From: Spirochaetota bacterium
Lineage (GTDB): Bacteria; Spirochaetota; UBA12135; COTS27; CBDBHE01
NCBI GenBank assembly: GCA_965205605.1
Contig: CBDBHE010000008.1
Location: 96,001-160,000 of the forward strand
Reading direction: 5' to 3'
DNA: 64,000 bases
Part shown: positions 38,316 to 48,326 of the stretch, one piece after another
Layout of the letters: the number at the start of each line of letters is the position of its first letter
How positions within the stretch are numbered: the stretch's first letter is position 1
The notes under the pieces: model-generated
What the model was told of the DNA's origin: nothing
Databases searched by the model: none
Seen by the model: only the letters and a program-made list of their open reading frames with translations
Translations under genes and position numbers: made by a program

Positions 38316-39548
38316 ATGCAATTTTTATATTACTTTTTATATAACCTTTTAGTTTCTTTATATTATTTATTTTATTTTTTATTAAGCCCTTTTTTACTAA
38401 TAATTGACCCTAAAAAAGTAAAACAAAGACTTGGTTTATTTAAAGTGTCTAGAAAAGATTATTGGATTCATGCCGTTAGCTCTGGTGAAATCATTTTAGC
38501 CAATTTTATCATTTCTTTAAATCCTTCAAAAACTTTTTTAATCACTCTAATGTCAAATAATGGTTACAAATTAGCCAAAAAATTGTACGAAAATCATAAA
38601 AAAGTAACTTTTTGCTACCTTGCTTTTGATTTGTACCCCATTAGTAAAAAATTAGTCAAGCAAGTAAACCCTAAAAAATTCTTTGTTATCGAACACGACC
38701 TTTGGCCTAATTTATTAAATCATCTCCATAAAAATAAAATCAAAAGAATTCTTCTTAATGCTGCTTTAAAACCTAAGGATTTATTTTATTTGAAGAAATT
38801 TCCTAATTTAGCTAAGTTTATTTATCAAGTAGATGAAATTTTTTTTCAAAACAAATCTTATGAAAATTCCTTAAAACCTTTTTTATCTTATAATACAACC
38901 TTAAAAACTATCGGTAATTTAAAATACACCAAAGCTCTTTTACAAAAAAAAATCAATCAAAACTCTTTGAAAACATTCAAACAAAATAACCAATTTATTA
39001 TTACACTAGGTTCCACACACCAAAAAGAAGAAAAACAATTAATTAAAGCAATTGAAAAATGGATCGGTAACAAAGTAACTGTAATCATCATTCCAAGAAA
39101 TCCAAATAGAGCCACTTCACTTTATCGTTATTTTTCTAAAAAATATAAAACAATCATTTATTCAAAATGGTTGTCTTCAAAAAATAAAAAAACAGATATT
39201 CTTATTATTAATCAAATGGGTATTAGTTTAGAATGCTATAATCTTTCTGAAATTGTTTTAATAGGGGATACTTTTTTTCCTTCTCAAGGAGGTCATAACT
39301 TTTTAGAGCCTCTTTCATTGCAAAAGGCTACATTTTATGGGAAGTTTATGATATCTTATTTAGATATTACATCTTATTTTGAAAAAGAAAAAGGGGTCAT
39401 TCGACTCTTACCTAACAAAATAGAAGAGACCCTTAAAACTTATATTTTCAACAAGCAAAAACGACTTGAATTAGCAAAAAAAGGGAAACAATGCATTGAA
39501 AAAATTATGACGAATGAAACAATAATAAAAAAAAATCTTTTTAATTAA
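38316..39548 (+). CDS. waaA: 3-deoxy-D-manno-octulosonic acid (Kdo) transferase
   Basis: WIHAVSSGE, EHDLWPN, GNLKY, GSTHQKEE, IPRNPNR, GGHNFLEP. Confidence 0.88.
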   Translation: MQFLYYFLYNLLVSLYYLFYFLLSPFLLIIDPKKVKQRLGLFKVSRKDYWIHAVSSGEIILANFIISLNPSKTFLITLMSNNGYKLAKKLYENHKKVTFCYLAFDLYPISKKLVKQVNPKKFFVIEHDLWPNLLNHLHKNKIKRILLNAALKPKDLFYLKKFPNLAKFIYQVDEIFFQNKSYENSLKPFLSYNTTLKTIGNLKYTKALLQKKINQNSLKTFKQNNQFIITLGSTHQKEEKQLIKAIEKWIGNKVTVIIIPRNPNRATSLYRYFSKKYKTIIYSKWLSSKNKKTDILIINQMGISLECYNLSEIVLIGDTFFPSQGGHNFLEPLSLQKATFYGKFMISYLDITSYFEKEKGVIRLLPNKIEETLKTYIFNKQKRLELAKKGKQCIEKIMTNETIIKKNLFN

Positions 39549-39551
39549 ACA

Positions 39552-39983
39552 ATGGACCTTCAAAAAAATATCTTTCCAAAAAAAAAAATAAGAAATTATT
39601 TAATTAATATTAGTATTTCCATATTAATTGTTTTTTTATTTCGATTTTTTATTTTTAAAACTCAAATCATTCACTCTAATTCAATGTTTCCAACCCTTAA
39701 AAAAGGGGATCATGTGCTTACAATTAAGTATTTTGATTTTATTCCGTTATCTTTTTTAGAAAAAAAAATTATTTGCTTTAAAAGTGATCAATTAAATCAT
39801 ATTGAAAACAATATTCAATTAGTTAAAAGAATCAAAAAAATAAACAAATCTATTTTTGTTGTAGGTGATAATCTAAATAATAGTATTGATTCTAGATTAT
39901 TTGGAGAAATTTCAAAATCTAATCTTACTGGGATTCCTCTGTTTGTTTACTATCCTTTTAATAGAATTCATTTCCTTTTATAA
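39552..39983 (+). CDS. lepB: Signal peptidase I (S26 family, compact form)
   Basis: One TM, SNSMFPTL (Ser), LVKRI (Lys), GDNLNNSIDSRLFG. Confidence 0.8.
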   Translation: MDLQKNIFPKKKIRNYLINISISILIVFLFRFFIFKTQIIHSNSMFPTLKKGDHVLTIKYFDFIPLSFLEKKIICFKSDQLNHIENNIQLVKRIKKINKSIFVVGDNLNNSIDSRLFGEISKSNLTGIPLFVYYPFNRIHFLL

Positions 39984-39985
39984 GA

Positions 39986-41903
39986 ATGTATTCAAAAAGA
40001 TTTAAAATTATATTTAATTTTGTTACTATTTTTTTTTATTATAGGCATTAGTAGGCTTATTTATATTACTTACTCTTCAAATCCTATTTTAATTAAGAGT
40101 AAAAAAATCAGAAAAACAAGCAGTCGCTTTTCTATTTATGATCGAAACCAAGTTTTATTAGCAACTTCATTTGAGAAATATAACGTCTACTTAAATACTC
40201 AAAAAAAAGAAAAAACAGAACAAGCCATTGATCTGTTAGTAGAAATGTTCCTTTTTAATAAAGAAAAATTACAAAGACTATCAAAACAAAAAAAAATTGT
40301 CTTAATCAAAAGATTTATTAGCATTGAAGAAGCTAAAAAGATTTATGAAACTAGAAATAATGCTTTTCTTTTAGAAAAAGTTTATCAAAGATTTTATCCA
40401 AAAGAAAACACTTTGTCTCAAACTCTTGGTTTTGTTGGATTTGATGGGTATGGATTAACAGGAATCGAAAAGAAATATAATTATTTTTTAAATAATGAAA
40501 AAGGGGGTTTTAAAAATGGAGCTCTTCATTTATCGATTGACTATAAACTACAAAAAAAAGTAGAAGAATATTTAAAAAAAACTATTGAAATTTATCAAGG
40601 AGATTCTGGAAGTATTATTGTTCAAGAAATCAAAACAGGGAAAGTAAGAGCACTTGGAAATTACCCACAGTTTAATCTTAATATCTTTAATCAATTTTCT
40701 AACAAATATTTTATTAATAATGCTATTTACAAAAATATTGAACCGGGATCTATTTTTAAAGCATTTTTTGCAGCTTATCTTTTAGAAAAAGGAGCTAATT
40801 TAGATCAAAAAAAATATATTAGCAGAGGTGTGTATACTCTAAAAAATGGAGAAAAAATTAAAGACACTAAAGCGTATGGGATTATTTCTTTTAAAGATAT
40901 TATCAAGCATTCTATTAATAGTGGTATTATTCAAGCTTGTGCTTCATTAAGTCAAAAAGAAATTTATGATTATCTAAGTCGTTTTCACTTCGAAAAAAAA
41001 ATAGGCATTGAGTTTCCTGGAGAATCAGTAGGCATTATCCCTCATTATAAAAAACCTTGGGGTCTTAGGACCAAAGCAACGATTCCTATTGGACAAGGGG
41101 TGGCGGTTAGTCCTTTAAAGCTAATTACGGCTTTTTCTGCTTTAATAGGAGATGGATTTTATAAAAAACCTTCTTTAATTGAAAAAAAAATTCAACAAAC
41201 CATTAACGGGGAAGTGCAAACTAATTATACACCTATAGAAATACTAAGCAAGGTGATTGAAACAGAAATCATTGGAAAAATAAGATTGCTACTAAGCTAC
41301 GGGACAACAGAAGGTAGTACTGGATTTAAAGCAAATCAAACAGATTATAAAAGTATTGGTAAGACAAGCACCAGTCAATTAGTCAATAAGAAAGAAGGTG
41401 GGTATTACAAAAATAAGTATGATTCTATTTTTGTAGGTGCTTTTCCTCAAAAAAAACCAGAAATTTCTATTTTAGTGATTGTTACTAATCCTAAAAAATC
41501 TCACGCTGGTGGTATTGTAGCTGCTTCTCTTTACGCTAAGATTGTCCCAGAAGCTGCTGCCCATTTAAAAGTCTACCATCAAAAGAAAATAAAAACTTAT
41601 AACAATATCCCTATTACTGTAGCAAAGAAGAAAGAAAAAAGCAGTTTTAATAAAAACAATGTCCCTATTACTGTAGCAAAGAAGAAAGAAAAAAATAGTT
41701 TTAATAAAGATAAAATGCCTTCTTTTATAGGACTTTCTTTAAGGGAATCCATTGTTTTAGTTAAAAAAATACAGCAATTTAACAAAGAAAAAAAAATCAA
41801 ATACTCAACTCAAGGTAGAGGATATGTTTACAAACAAACCCCTAATGCAGGAAAAACTCTTAAAAAAAGAATGAAAATAAAACTTTTCTTTAAAAAAAAA
41901 TAA
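39986..41903 (+). CDS. ftsI: Class B penicillin-binding protein (FtsI-like) with C-terminal PASTA domain; possible frameshift in a T9 run near the start
   Basis: IYDRN, RFYP, GLTGIEK, EPGSIFK (SxxK), HSIN, GKTSTSQ, MPSFIGLSLRE (PASTA). ATG 39986 (MYSKRF...) joins the 40020 frame if one T is removed from 40029-40037. Confidence 0.8.
41601..41708 (+). repeat. Near-perfect 54-bp tandem duplication (2 copies, in frame) in the PBP linker
   Basis: Copies at 41601-41654 and 41655-41708 encode NNIPITVAKKKEKSSFNK and NNVPITVAKKKEKNSFNK. Confidence 0.95.
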
Positions 41904-41909
41904 AAAAAA

Positions 41910-43701
41910 GTGGACACCTCATTCCCTATAAAAATTTCTAAAGCTAAAGATTCAACTCCTATCATTGAAATCTATTATAAAAAAAAAGAAGAAAATTACT
42001 TTCTATCCAGTCAATACGCTCCAATAAAAGAAGCTAAAAGAATTATTGAAAATGCCTCGATCAAAGAAACTAAAGAAGTCCAATTTGTTTTTTTGTCTTG
42101 GAGCGGGTAATCTTGCTCTTTGTTTTGAAATTTTAAAAACGTATAAACAAGCCCAATGTTTAATTATTGAAAATCACCCTTCTATTTTAAAAGAAATTCA
42201 AAAACAGCTTCCTCAAGCAAATAATAGCTTTTTATTAAATGGGGCAACTTATACCTTCAAAAAATAAAAGAACTTTTTGAAAATTTCCCTTCAAAGCGAA
42301 TTCTTTTCTTTTACAATAGAATCCAATTAAAGCTTTTTTCCAGAATTTTACACAAAGATTCAAAAAAAAATTAAAGAAACACACGAAAAAAAAGCAATTA
42401 ACATCGCTACTTTATCTCGATTTGAAAGATTGTGGCTTAGAAATATTACTCAAAATACTCAAAAAATCATTCAAGCCTCTCCTTGCACCATCCTTAAAAA
42501 TAAAGGAAAAAATCACCCAATTGTTGTTATTGGAGCGGGCCCTTCGCTTTCTTTTGACTTAAATTTTATTAAAAAACATCAACAAAATTTTATTATCATT
42601 GCTTTAGACACTATTTATAAAACTCTTTTAAATCATAAAATTTTTCCTGATATTTTAATTGTTGTAGACCCACAAAAAATTAATAGTAAGTATATTGAAA
42701 ATATCAAAAAAGAAAAAAAAAATGATTTGATTGTCATTGCAGAACCAGCTGTTTGCCCAAAAGGAATTAGAGAGTTTAAAAATATCTTTATGTTTGATAC
42801 TATCTTTCCCTACTATAACTACCTCACTACCTTTTTTGGCAAAAAAGGTAGTATTGATATGGGGGGCTCTGTGTCAACAACCGCTTATGAAGTCTTGCAG
42901 CTATTATCTTGCAAAGTAGCTACTTTTACAGGTCTCGATTTGTGTTATACAAAAGATGCTTATCATATTTCTGGTACCATGTATGAAGATTATTGGTTTT
43001 CAACCATTGATTATAAAGAAACCTTTGAAATGAAGACTTTTAAACTTTTGAATTATTTTAATTTAGCAAAAACACAAACCATTGACAAACAAATAGGTTA
43101 CGTTGATGCCAAGTTTACTCTTTTTAAAAATTGGTTTGAAAAAAAATTAATCGACAATCAGTTAAAACTTTTTAATTCTTCCAAATCTTCCGTCTCCATT
43201 AACGGACTTTCTTATTTGCCATTTACAGACTTCATTAAGCAATACGCCAAAAACTCTATCGATAAAAAAAGCTTCTTAAAAGAATTAATCAAAAATAATC
43301 AACCTTCTATTGATGAAGTAAATAAAAAAAACTTCTTATTAAGCTTACAAGAGGTTAAAAAAAATATCTCTAGCTACGAAAAAAAGGTCCAAGAGGCTAA
43401 TCAACTCTGTGTGAAAATAATAAAAAAAATTAAAAAAAAAGAAAATTATTACAAAGAAAAAGAAAAATTAGATAAAACCGATCAATTGCTTCAACAAGAT
43501 TTTTTTGAAAAAAAATTCATTAACGTTGCTATTCAAGACATTATCAATAAAGTAAAAGGTGAAAAAGAAATTAAAACAAAAAAAACACTTTCCAAAGAAG
43601 AAGAAATTTATGAAATCTCAAAAATGCTTTATAACGAAATTATTGAAGCTTGCAAGCTTAATGTAAAATATTTTGAAAAGGTAAGTAAAAGTTTTATTTA
43701 A
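41910..43701 (+). CDS. Maf / DUF115 family protein, split by at least three frameshifts in its 5' third (sequencing error or pseudogene)
   Basis: Fragments [12 protein letters not shown] / FCLGAGNL / [18 protein letters not shown] / [16 protein letters not shown] join across homopolymers; core motifs [27 protein letters not shown]. Confidence 0.8.
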
Positions 43702-45377
43702 TCTTTTAGTTTTTTATGTTTGCTTTTTTTAGATTGAGAATTTTCTTCTTCTAAAATTTCTGTTTTATATTCTTCATATTCTGTATAATTACCAATAAAA
43801 AAGTTAACTTTGCTCTCTCCTTCAAAAGATAAAATATGAGTTGAAATACGATCTAAAAAATAACGATCGTGACTTATAATTAAAATACAACCTGCAAATG
43901 ATAAAAGAGCCTCTTCTAAAGCTCTAAGCGTATCAATGTCCAAATCATTAGTAGGTTCATCAAGTAAAATAACATTTCCCCCTAATTTTAATAACTTAGC
44001 TAAATGAACCCGGTTTCTTTCTCCTCCAGAAAGTCCTCCTACTTTTTTTTTGTTGCTCAACACCTTTAAAGCCAAAAGAGCCCACGTACGCTCTAGAATG
44101 CATTTTTTTATAGCCTAAATCAATTTCTTCTTGACCTTCTGAAATTGATTGCCAAATATTATCATCTTGCTTCAAATTATCTCGAAACTGTCCGACATAA
44201 GCCCATCTTTACAGTCTGCCCTATGGAAGCTTTTCCCTGATCAACTTTTTCTAGTCCCACTAAAATGTTAAACAACGTTGTTTTACCCATTCCATTGGCC
44301 CCCAATAATTCCTACAATCGCCCCTCTTGGTACATTCATATTTAAGTGATCCATCAAAACACGATCCCCAAAAGATTTACAAACATCTTTAAGATCAATG
44401 ACTTTCTCTCCCAATCGTGGGGGAATTGGAATGTTAATTTCAAGTTTATCCAAATCATCATTAGCTTCTTGAGAAAGCAAATTTTCATAAGCTGTAATTC
44501 TTGCTTTACTTTTAGCTTGCCTACCTCTAGGGCCTTGTCTAACCCACTCAAGCTCTCTTTTTAAAGTTTTTTGTCGCTTGGATTCTGTTTTTTCTTCTAA
44601 TTTTAATTTGCTTTTTTTTTGCTTTAACCAACTAGAATAATTGCCTTCAAAAGGAAACCCCTCTCCTCTGTCCATTTCCAAAATCCAGTTTGCTACATTA
44701 TCTAAAAAATAACGATCATGGGTGACAGCAATAAGAGTGCCTTTGAAATTCTTTAAATAATTCTCTAACCAATCAACGGATTCTGCATCCAAATGATTGG
44801 TTGGTTCGTCTAAAAGAAGAATATCAGGAGAGCGTAACAAAAGAATACAAAGAGCCACTCGCCTTCTTTCTCCACCTGATAATTGTTTTGTATCCATTTG
44901 TCCATCTGGTACCCTAAGAGCTTGCATCGCAACATTAAGAGTCCGTTCAACATTCCAGCCATCGGTAGCATCAATTTTTTCTTGCACTTGTGAAAACTCT
45001 TCCATCACTTTATTCATCTCTTTTTCTTCTAAAGATTCTCCCATTTTTTCAGAAAGTTTTTCAAAACGAGTCAAAAGCTCTAATGTTTCCCCCATTCCTT
45101 TTTTAATGTTATCCATTACATTTAAAGATAAATCTAACTGAGGTTCCTGCTCTAAATAACCAATCTTTGTTTTTTCATTGATAATGACTTCACCAAAATA
45201 TTCTTTATCTTGCTTAGCCAAAATTTTAAGTAATGATGATTTACCGGTTCCATTTTTTCCAATAATCCCAATTTTAGCTCCATTAAAAAAAGAAAGCGAT
45301 AACTTTTTAATCACTTCTTTTTTAGGGGGGTGTATCTTTTTTAAATTAACAACCGAAATAACTGTTTTTTCAGACAT
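43698..45377 (-). CDS. ettA: Energy-dependent translational throttle protein EttA (ABC-F), with three +1 homopolymer insertions
   Basis: [64 protein letters not shown]; the missing middle ([11 protein letters not shown]...[12 protein letters not shown]) is recovered by removing single bases near 44300, 44203 and 44045. Confidence 0.9.
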
Positions 45378-45413
45378 TTTAATAAAATCTTAAATGAAAA
45401 GGATCTCCATATT

Positions 45414-45518
45414 TTATTTTTTTTTAGACTTTTTAATCGCGATTAAAATGAAAAATGAAAGACCACCAAAAAGAAAAAGAAAACCACAAATAAGCATCAT
45501 AACTGATGATAGATTCAA
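45414..45518 (-). CDS. MetS-type small subunit of the NSS transporter (34 aa, not in the ORF track)
   Basis: TTG start with AAGGGGG RBS; MNLSSVMMLICGFLFLFGGLSFFILIAIKKSKKK, a single TM with GGL motif and basic tail; 24 bp downstream of the NSS gene. Confidence 0.75.
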   Translation of the reverse strand: MNLSSVMMLICGFLFLFGGLSFFILIAIKKSKKK

Positions 45519-45542
45519 AACAACCCCCTTAACCTTATATTA

Positions 45543-47033
45543 TTAAATTAGTTTCTTCTTTCGATCTTCAAGAAAACCAAGTAAAAAGGAAACCAATATT
45601 GTCATTATAATAGGAAAAATGCCAATAATTAAAAGACTTGGCAGTGAATAATCACCATAAGGGTTTTTTATTTCTGCATAAAACGATAAAATTAAAGTAA
45701 TCCCTAAAAGAATCGGAATAAAAAAAGAAATTAAAAAAGAATATGTTTTTTTAATTTTAATTTCTGCATATTGATTAACTTGATTACAAAATTGATCGAG
45801 TTTCATAAAATTAGAAGCCACAACACATAACACAATAACATTAAACGAAAGCAAATAATTAAAAACATAATGGTCTAAAATATCAAGCCAATAAAGCCCT
45901 GATCTTGTAACAAAAGGATAAGCAAAAACAAAACCAAATAAACTCACTAAAGTTGAAGCCTTTGTTCTAGAAAAACCAAAATGATCTGAAATAGCAGTTG
46001 TTACTGTTTCTAATAAACTAAAAGCAGAATCAATCCCAAGTAATAAAAGCATTAAAAAAAACAAAAAAGCAAAGATCTTAACTCCAAATGGAAGCGCTCC
46101 CAATGCAACAGGGTAAACAACAAAAGCAAGTGCAGGCCCAGAAGATTTCGCTAGAGTCTCAATAGAAACCGCTGAATTGAAAGCAAAATAACCTAAAATT
46201 GAAAAAACAGCAAAACCACAGATAAAACTAAAAGCGCAATTCGAAAAAGAAGTAATAAAAGCAGAATTGGGAATCTCTGTTTTTTTATCCATAAAAGAAG
46301 CATATGCTACCATCACTCCAAAACCAACAGAAAGTGAAAAAAATATCTGACCATAAGCAGCAAGCCACACACGAATATCAAGAAGCTTTGACCAATCCGC
46401 TGATAAATAATAATTCAAACCTAAGGAAGCTCCATTTAAAGTCACTCCTCTAAAAACAAGAATAACAAGTAATAAAATAGGAATAGGCACCGTATAAAGC
46501 ACTACTTGTCCTACTTGCTTTATACCTCTTTTTACCACTATCCAAACAAAAAACCAAATCACACTCAAACCAATTAAAATAAACCATCTCACTTGTAAAA
46601 GCCCATCCCAAGGAGTTTTAGAAATATTTAACACATGTTGATAAAAATAAATTTGACTATTTTCAAGATTTTTTCCAAAATGAGTCACATCAAAAGAAAT
46701 AAGATATTTAAGAATCCAAGCTAAAATAACACAATAATAAACAATCAGTAAAAAAGAAGAAATAACAATAATCCACCCAAAAAATCTTAATTTTTTATTA
46801 ATTCGAGCAAAAATCATTGAAATAGAAGTTTGATGAAAAACTCCAAGCCCATACTCTAAAATTATAACAGGGATCCCTATCGTTAAAAGAGCAACAAAAT
46901 AAGGAATTAAAAAAGCTCCTCCTCCATTTTGAGCAACAACATACGGAAAGCGCCACATGTTCCCAAGTCCTATAGCTGAACCAATAGCAGCCATAATAAA
47001 AACTAAACGATTATTCCACCTTTCTCGTTTCAT
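45543..47033 (-). CDS. Sodium-dependent transporter, NSS (SNF) family
   Basis: REWNN-like start, AIGSAIGLGNMWRFPY, NGGGAFLIPY, WLAAYGQIFFSLSVGFG, GPALAFVVYP. Confidence 0.95.
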   Translation of the reverse strand: MKRERWNNRLVFIMAAIGSAIGLGNMWRFPYVVAQNGGGAFLIPYFVALLTIGIPVIILEYGLGVFHQTSISMIFARINKKLRFFGWIIVISSFLLIVYYCVILAWILKYLISFDVTHFGKNLENSQIYFYQHVLNISKTPWDGLLQVRWFILIGLSVIWFFVWIVVKRGIKQVGQVVLYTVPIPILLLVILVFRGVTLNGASLGLNYYLSADWSKLLDIRVWLAAYGQIFFSLSVGFGVMVAYASFMDKKTEIPNSAFITSFSNCAFSFICGFAVFSILGYFAFNSAVSIETLAKSSGPALAFVVYPVALGALPFGVKIFAFLFFLMLLLLGIDSAFSLLETVTTAISDHFGFSRTKASTLVSLFGFVFAYPFVTRSGLYWLDILDHYVFNYLLSFNVIVLCVVASNFMKLDQFCNQVNQYAEIKIKKTYSFLISFFIPILLGITLILSFYAEIKNPYGDYSLPSLLIIGIFPIIMTILVSFLLGFLEDRKKKLI

Positions 47034-47050
47034 AAAATTTGCCTTCTTAA

Positions 47051-47072
47051 AAATTTACTTTAAAGTAAATTT
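47051..47072. promoter_or_regulatory. Perfect 22-bp palindrome upstream of the NSS transporter (candidate operator)
   Basis: AAATTTACTTTAAAGTAAATTT equals its own reverse complement; overlaps the -10 of a TTGATT-17-TAAATT minus-strand promoter candidate. Confidence 0.55.
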
Positions 47073-47110
47073 AAAATAAGATCTTTTAAAAATCAATCCA
47101 TGTTTGTTTT

Positions 47111-47935
47111 TTATCTTTTAAAACCGTACCACCGATTAAGAAAAAAAAAATAAAAAGCACGTAGGTATCTTTTTCTTTTAAAAGCCCCTTGGTACAAAAT
47201 AAAGGTTTTTTTAAGTATGTATTTTTTAACAAGACTTCTTTTTCCATCCTCTAAATCTCGGTGATAAATTTTACAAAGTGCTTTCACTCTAAAACGATCC
47301 ATACTTTCATATTGAAAAGACAATTGATTTAAATGACCTTGATAACGCTTAATTAAAGGTTCTTCAATAAGCCCTACAAAGTATTTGTTTGTCACTCTAA
47401 GCCAATAATCGTAATCTTCACAACTAGGTAATTTTTCATCAAACAAACCAATTTGATCAATAAGAGCCTTACTTAAAACAACACTGGAAGGTGTTATCAC
47501 GCAATACTTAACACTTAAATCAAATAAAAACCCTGCCGTCTTTTGATATTTTTTTGGAATAACAACTTGTTTATTATTTCTAATCCAAAAATCTTGTGTT
47601 TGTGAAATATGATACTGAGGGTTTTCTTTTATAAAGTGATATTGTTTTTCAAGTTTTTTTTCTAACCACGCATCATCTGAATCTAATAAAGCAATCCATT
47701 TGCCTTTTGACAAACGAATTCCATGATTTCTTGCTTTAGAAACCCCTCCTCGACTTTGGTAAATATATTGAAATCGCTTATCTTTGGGAAGTAAATCTTT
47801 AACACTGGTAGGTGAGCCATCATCAATAATAAGACATTGATAATCTTTAAAAGTTTGGTTTAAAACAGAACTCAAAGCTCTTTTTAAAAGCTCATATCTG
47901 GAAAAAACAGGAATGACAACTGAAAAAAAAGGCAA
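47111..47935 (-). CDS. Glycosyltransferase family 2
   Basis: SVVIP, IIDDGS, GVSKARNHG, ALLDSDD, CEDYDYWLR. Confidence 0.92.
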   Translation of the reverse strand: MPFFSVVIPVFSRYELLKRALSSVLNQTFKDYQCLIIDDGSPTSVKDLLPKDKRFQYIYQSRGGVSKARNHGIRLSKGKWIALLDSDDAWLEKKLEKQYHFIKENPQYHISQTQDFWIRNNKQVVIPKKYQKTAGFLFDLSVKYCVITPSSVVLSKALIDQIGLFDEKLPSCEDYDYWLRVTNKYFVGLIEEPLIKRYQGHLNQLSFQYESMDRFRVKALCKIYHRDLEDGKRSLVKKYILKKTFILYQGAFKRKRYLRAFYFFFLNRWYGFKR

Positions 47936-47962
47936 TGGTTAACTTAATTAAAAGCTAATAAT

Positions 47963-48295
47963 TTAACAAAAAGGACTGCTAGAGTAGGGGTTGTTTTTTT
48001 CGTCATATGTATTGTGTGTTTTACTACTAGGGTCAATCTCATAACCATATTCTTGATGACAGCTAAGTTTGTCAAAAATTTGAATGAACTTTTTAGCTTG
48101 AGCTTTTGTAATGTGCACAGAATGAATGTTGTTTTTTAAAATCTCTTTTAAAAAAATTTTTGTCAGTTTGCAATGATCATTGAAATCAACTTTTTTATTT
48201 AATTGAAAAACCTCACTTACCATTAAGTTAAGCTTTTCTCTAATGATCTCTAAAATAATACTCTGAAAAGAAGAGTCTTGGCCCTTTATCTTCAA
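47963..48295 (-). CDS. Hypothetical protein
   Basis: ORF fills the gap between glyS and the GT2 gene; AAGGGGAG RBS upstream of the TTG. Confidence 0.6.
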   Translation of the reverse strand: MKIKGQDSSFQSIILEIIREKLNLMVSEVFQLNKKVDFNDHCKLTKIFLKEILKNNIHSVHITKAQAKKFIQIFDKLSCHQEYGYEIDPSSKTHNTYDEKNNPYSSSPFC

Positions 48296-48326
48296 ATTCT
48301 TACTCCCTTATGAAATAAAGAAAATG

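Noticed and set aside
39552-39983. Nickel-SOD maturation protease SodX
   Set aside because: The compact S26 peptidase resembles it in size, but no sodN gene is adjacent; called signal peptidase I.
43698-45377. ettA as a genuine split gene or programmed frameshift
   Set aside because: Three independent +1 bases in homopolymers within 260 bp restore a canonical EttA; the pattern fits sequencing error better than recoding.
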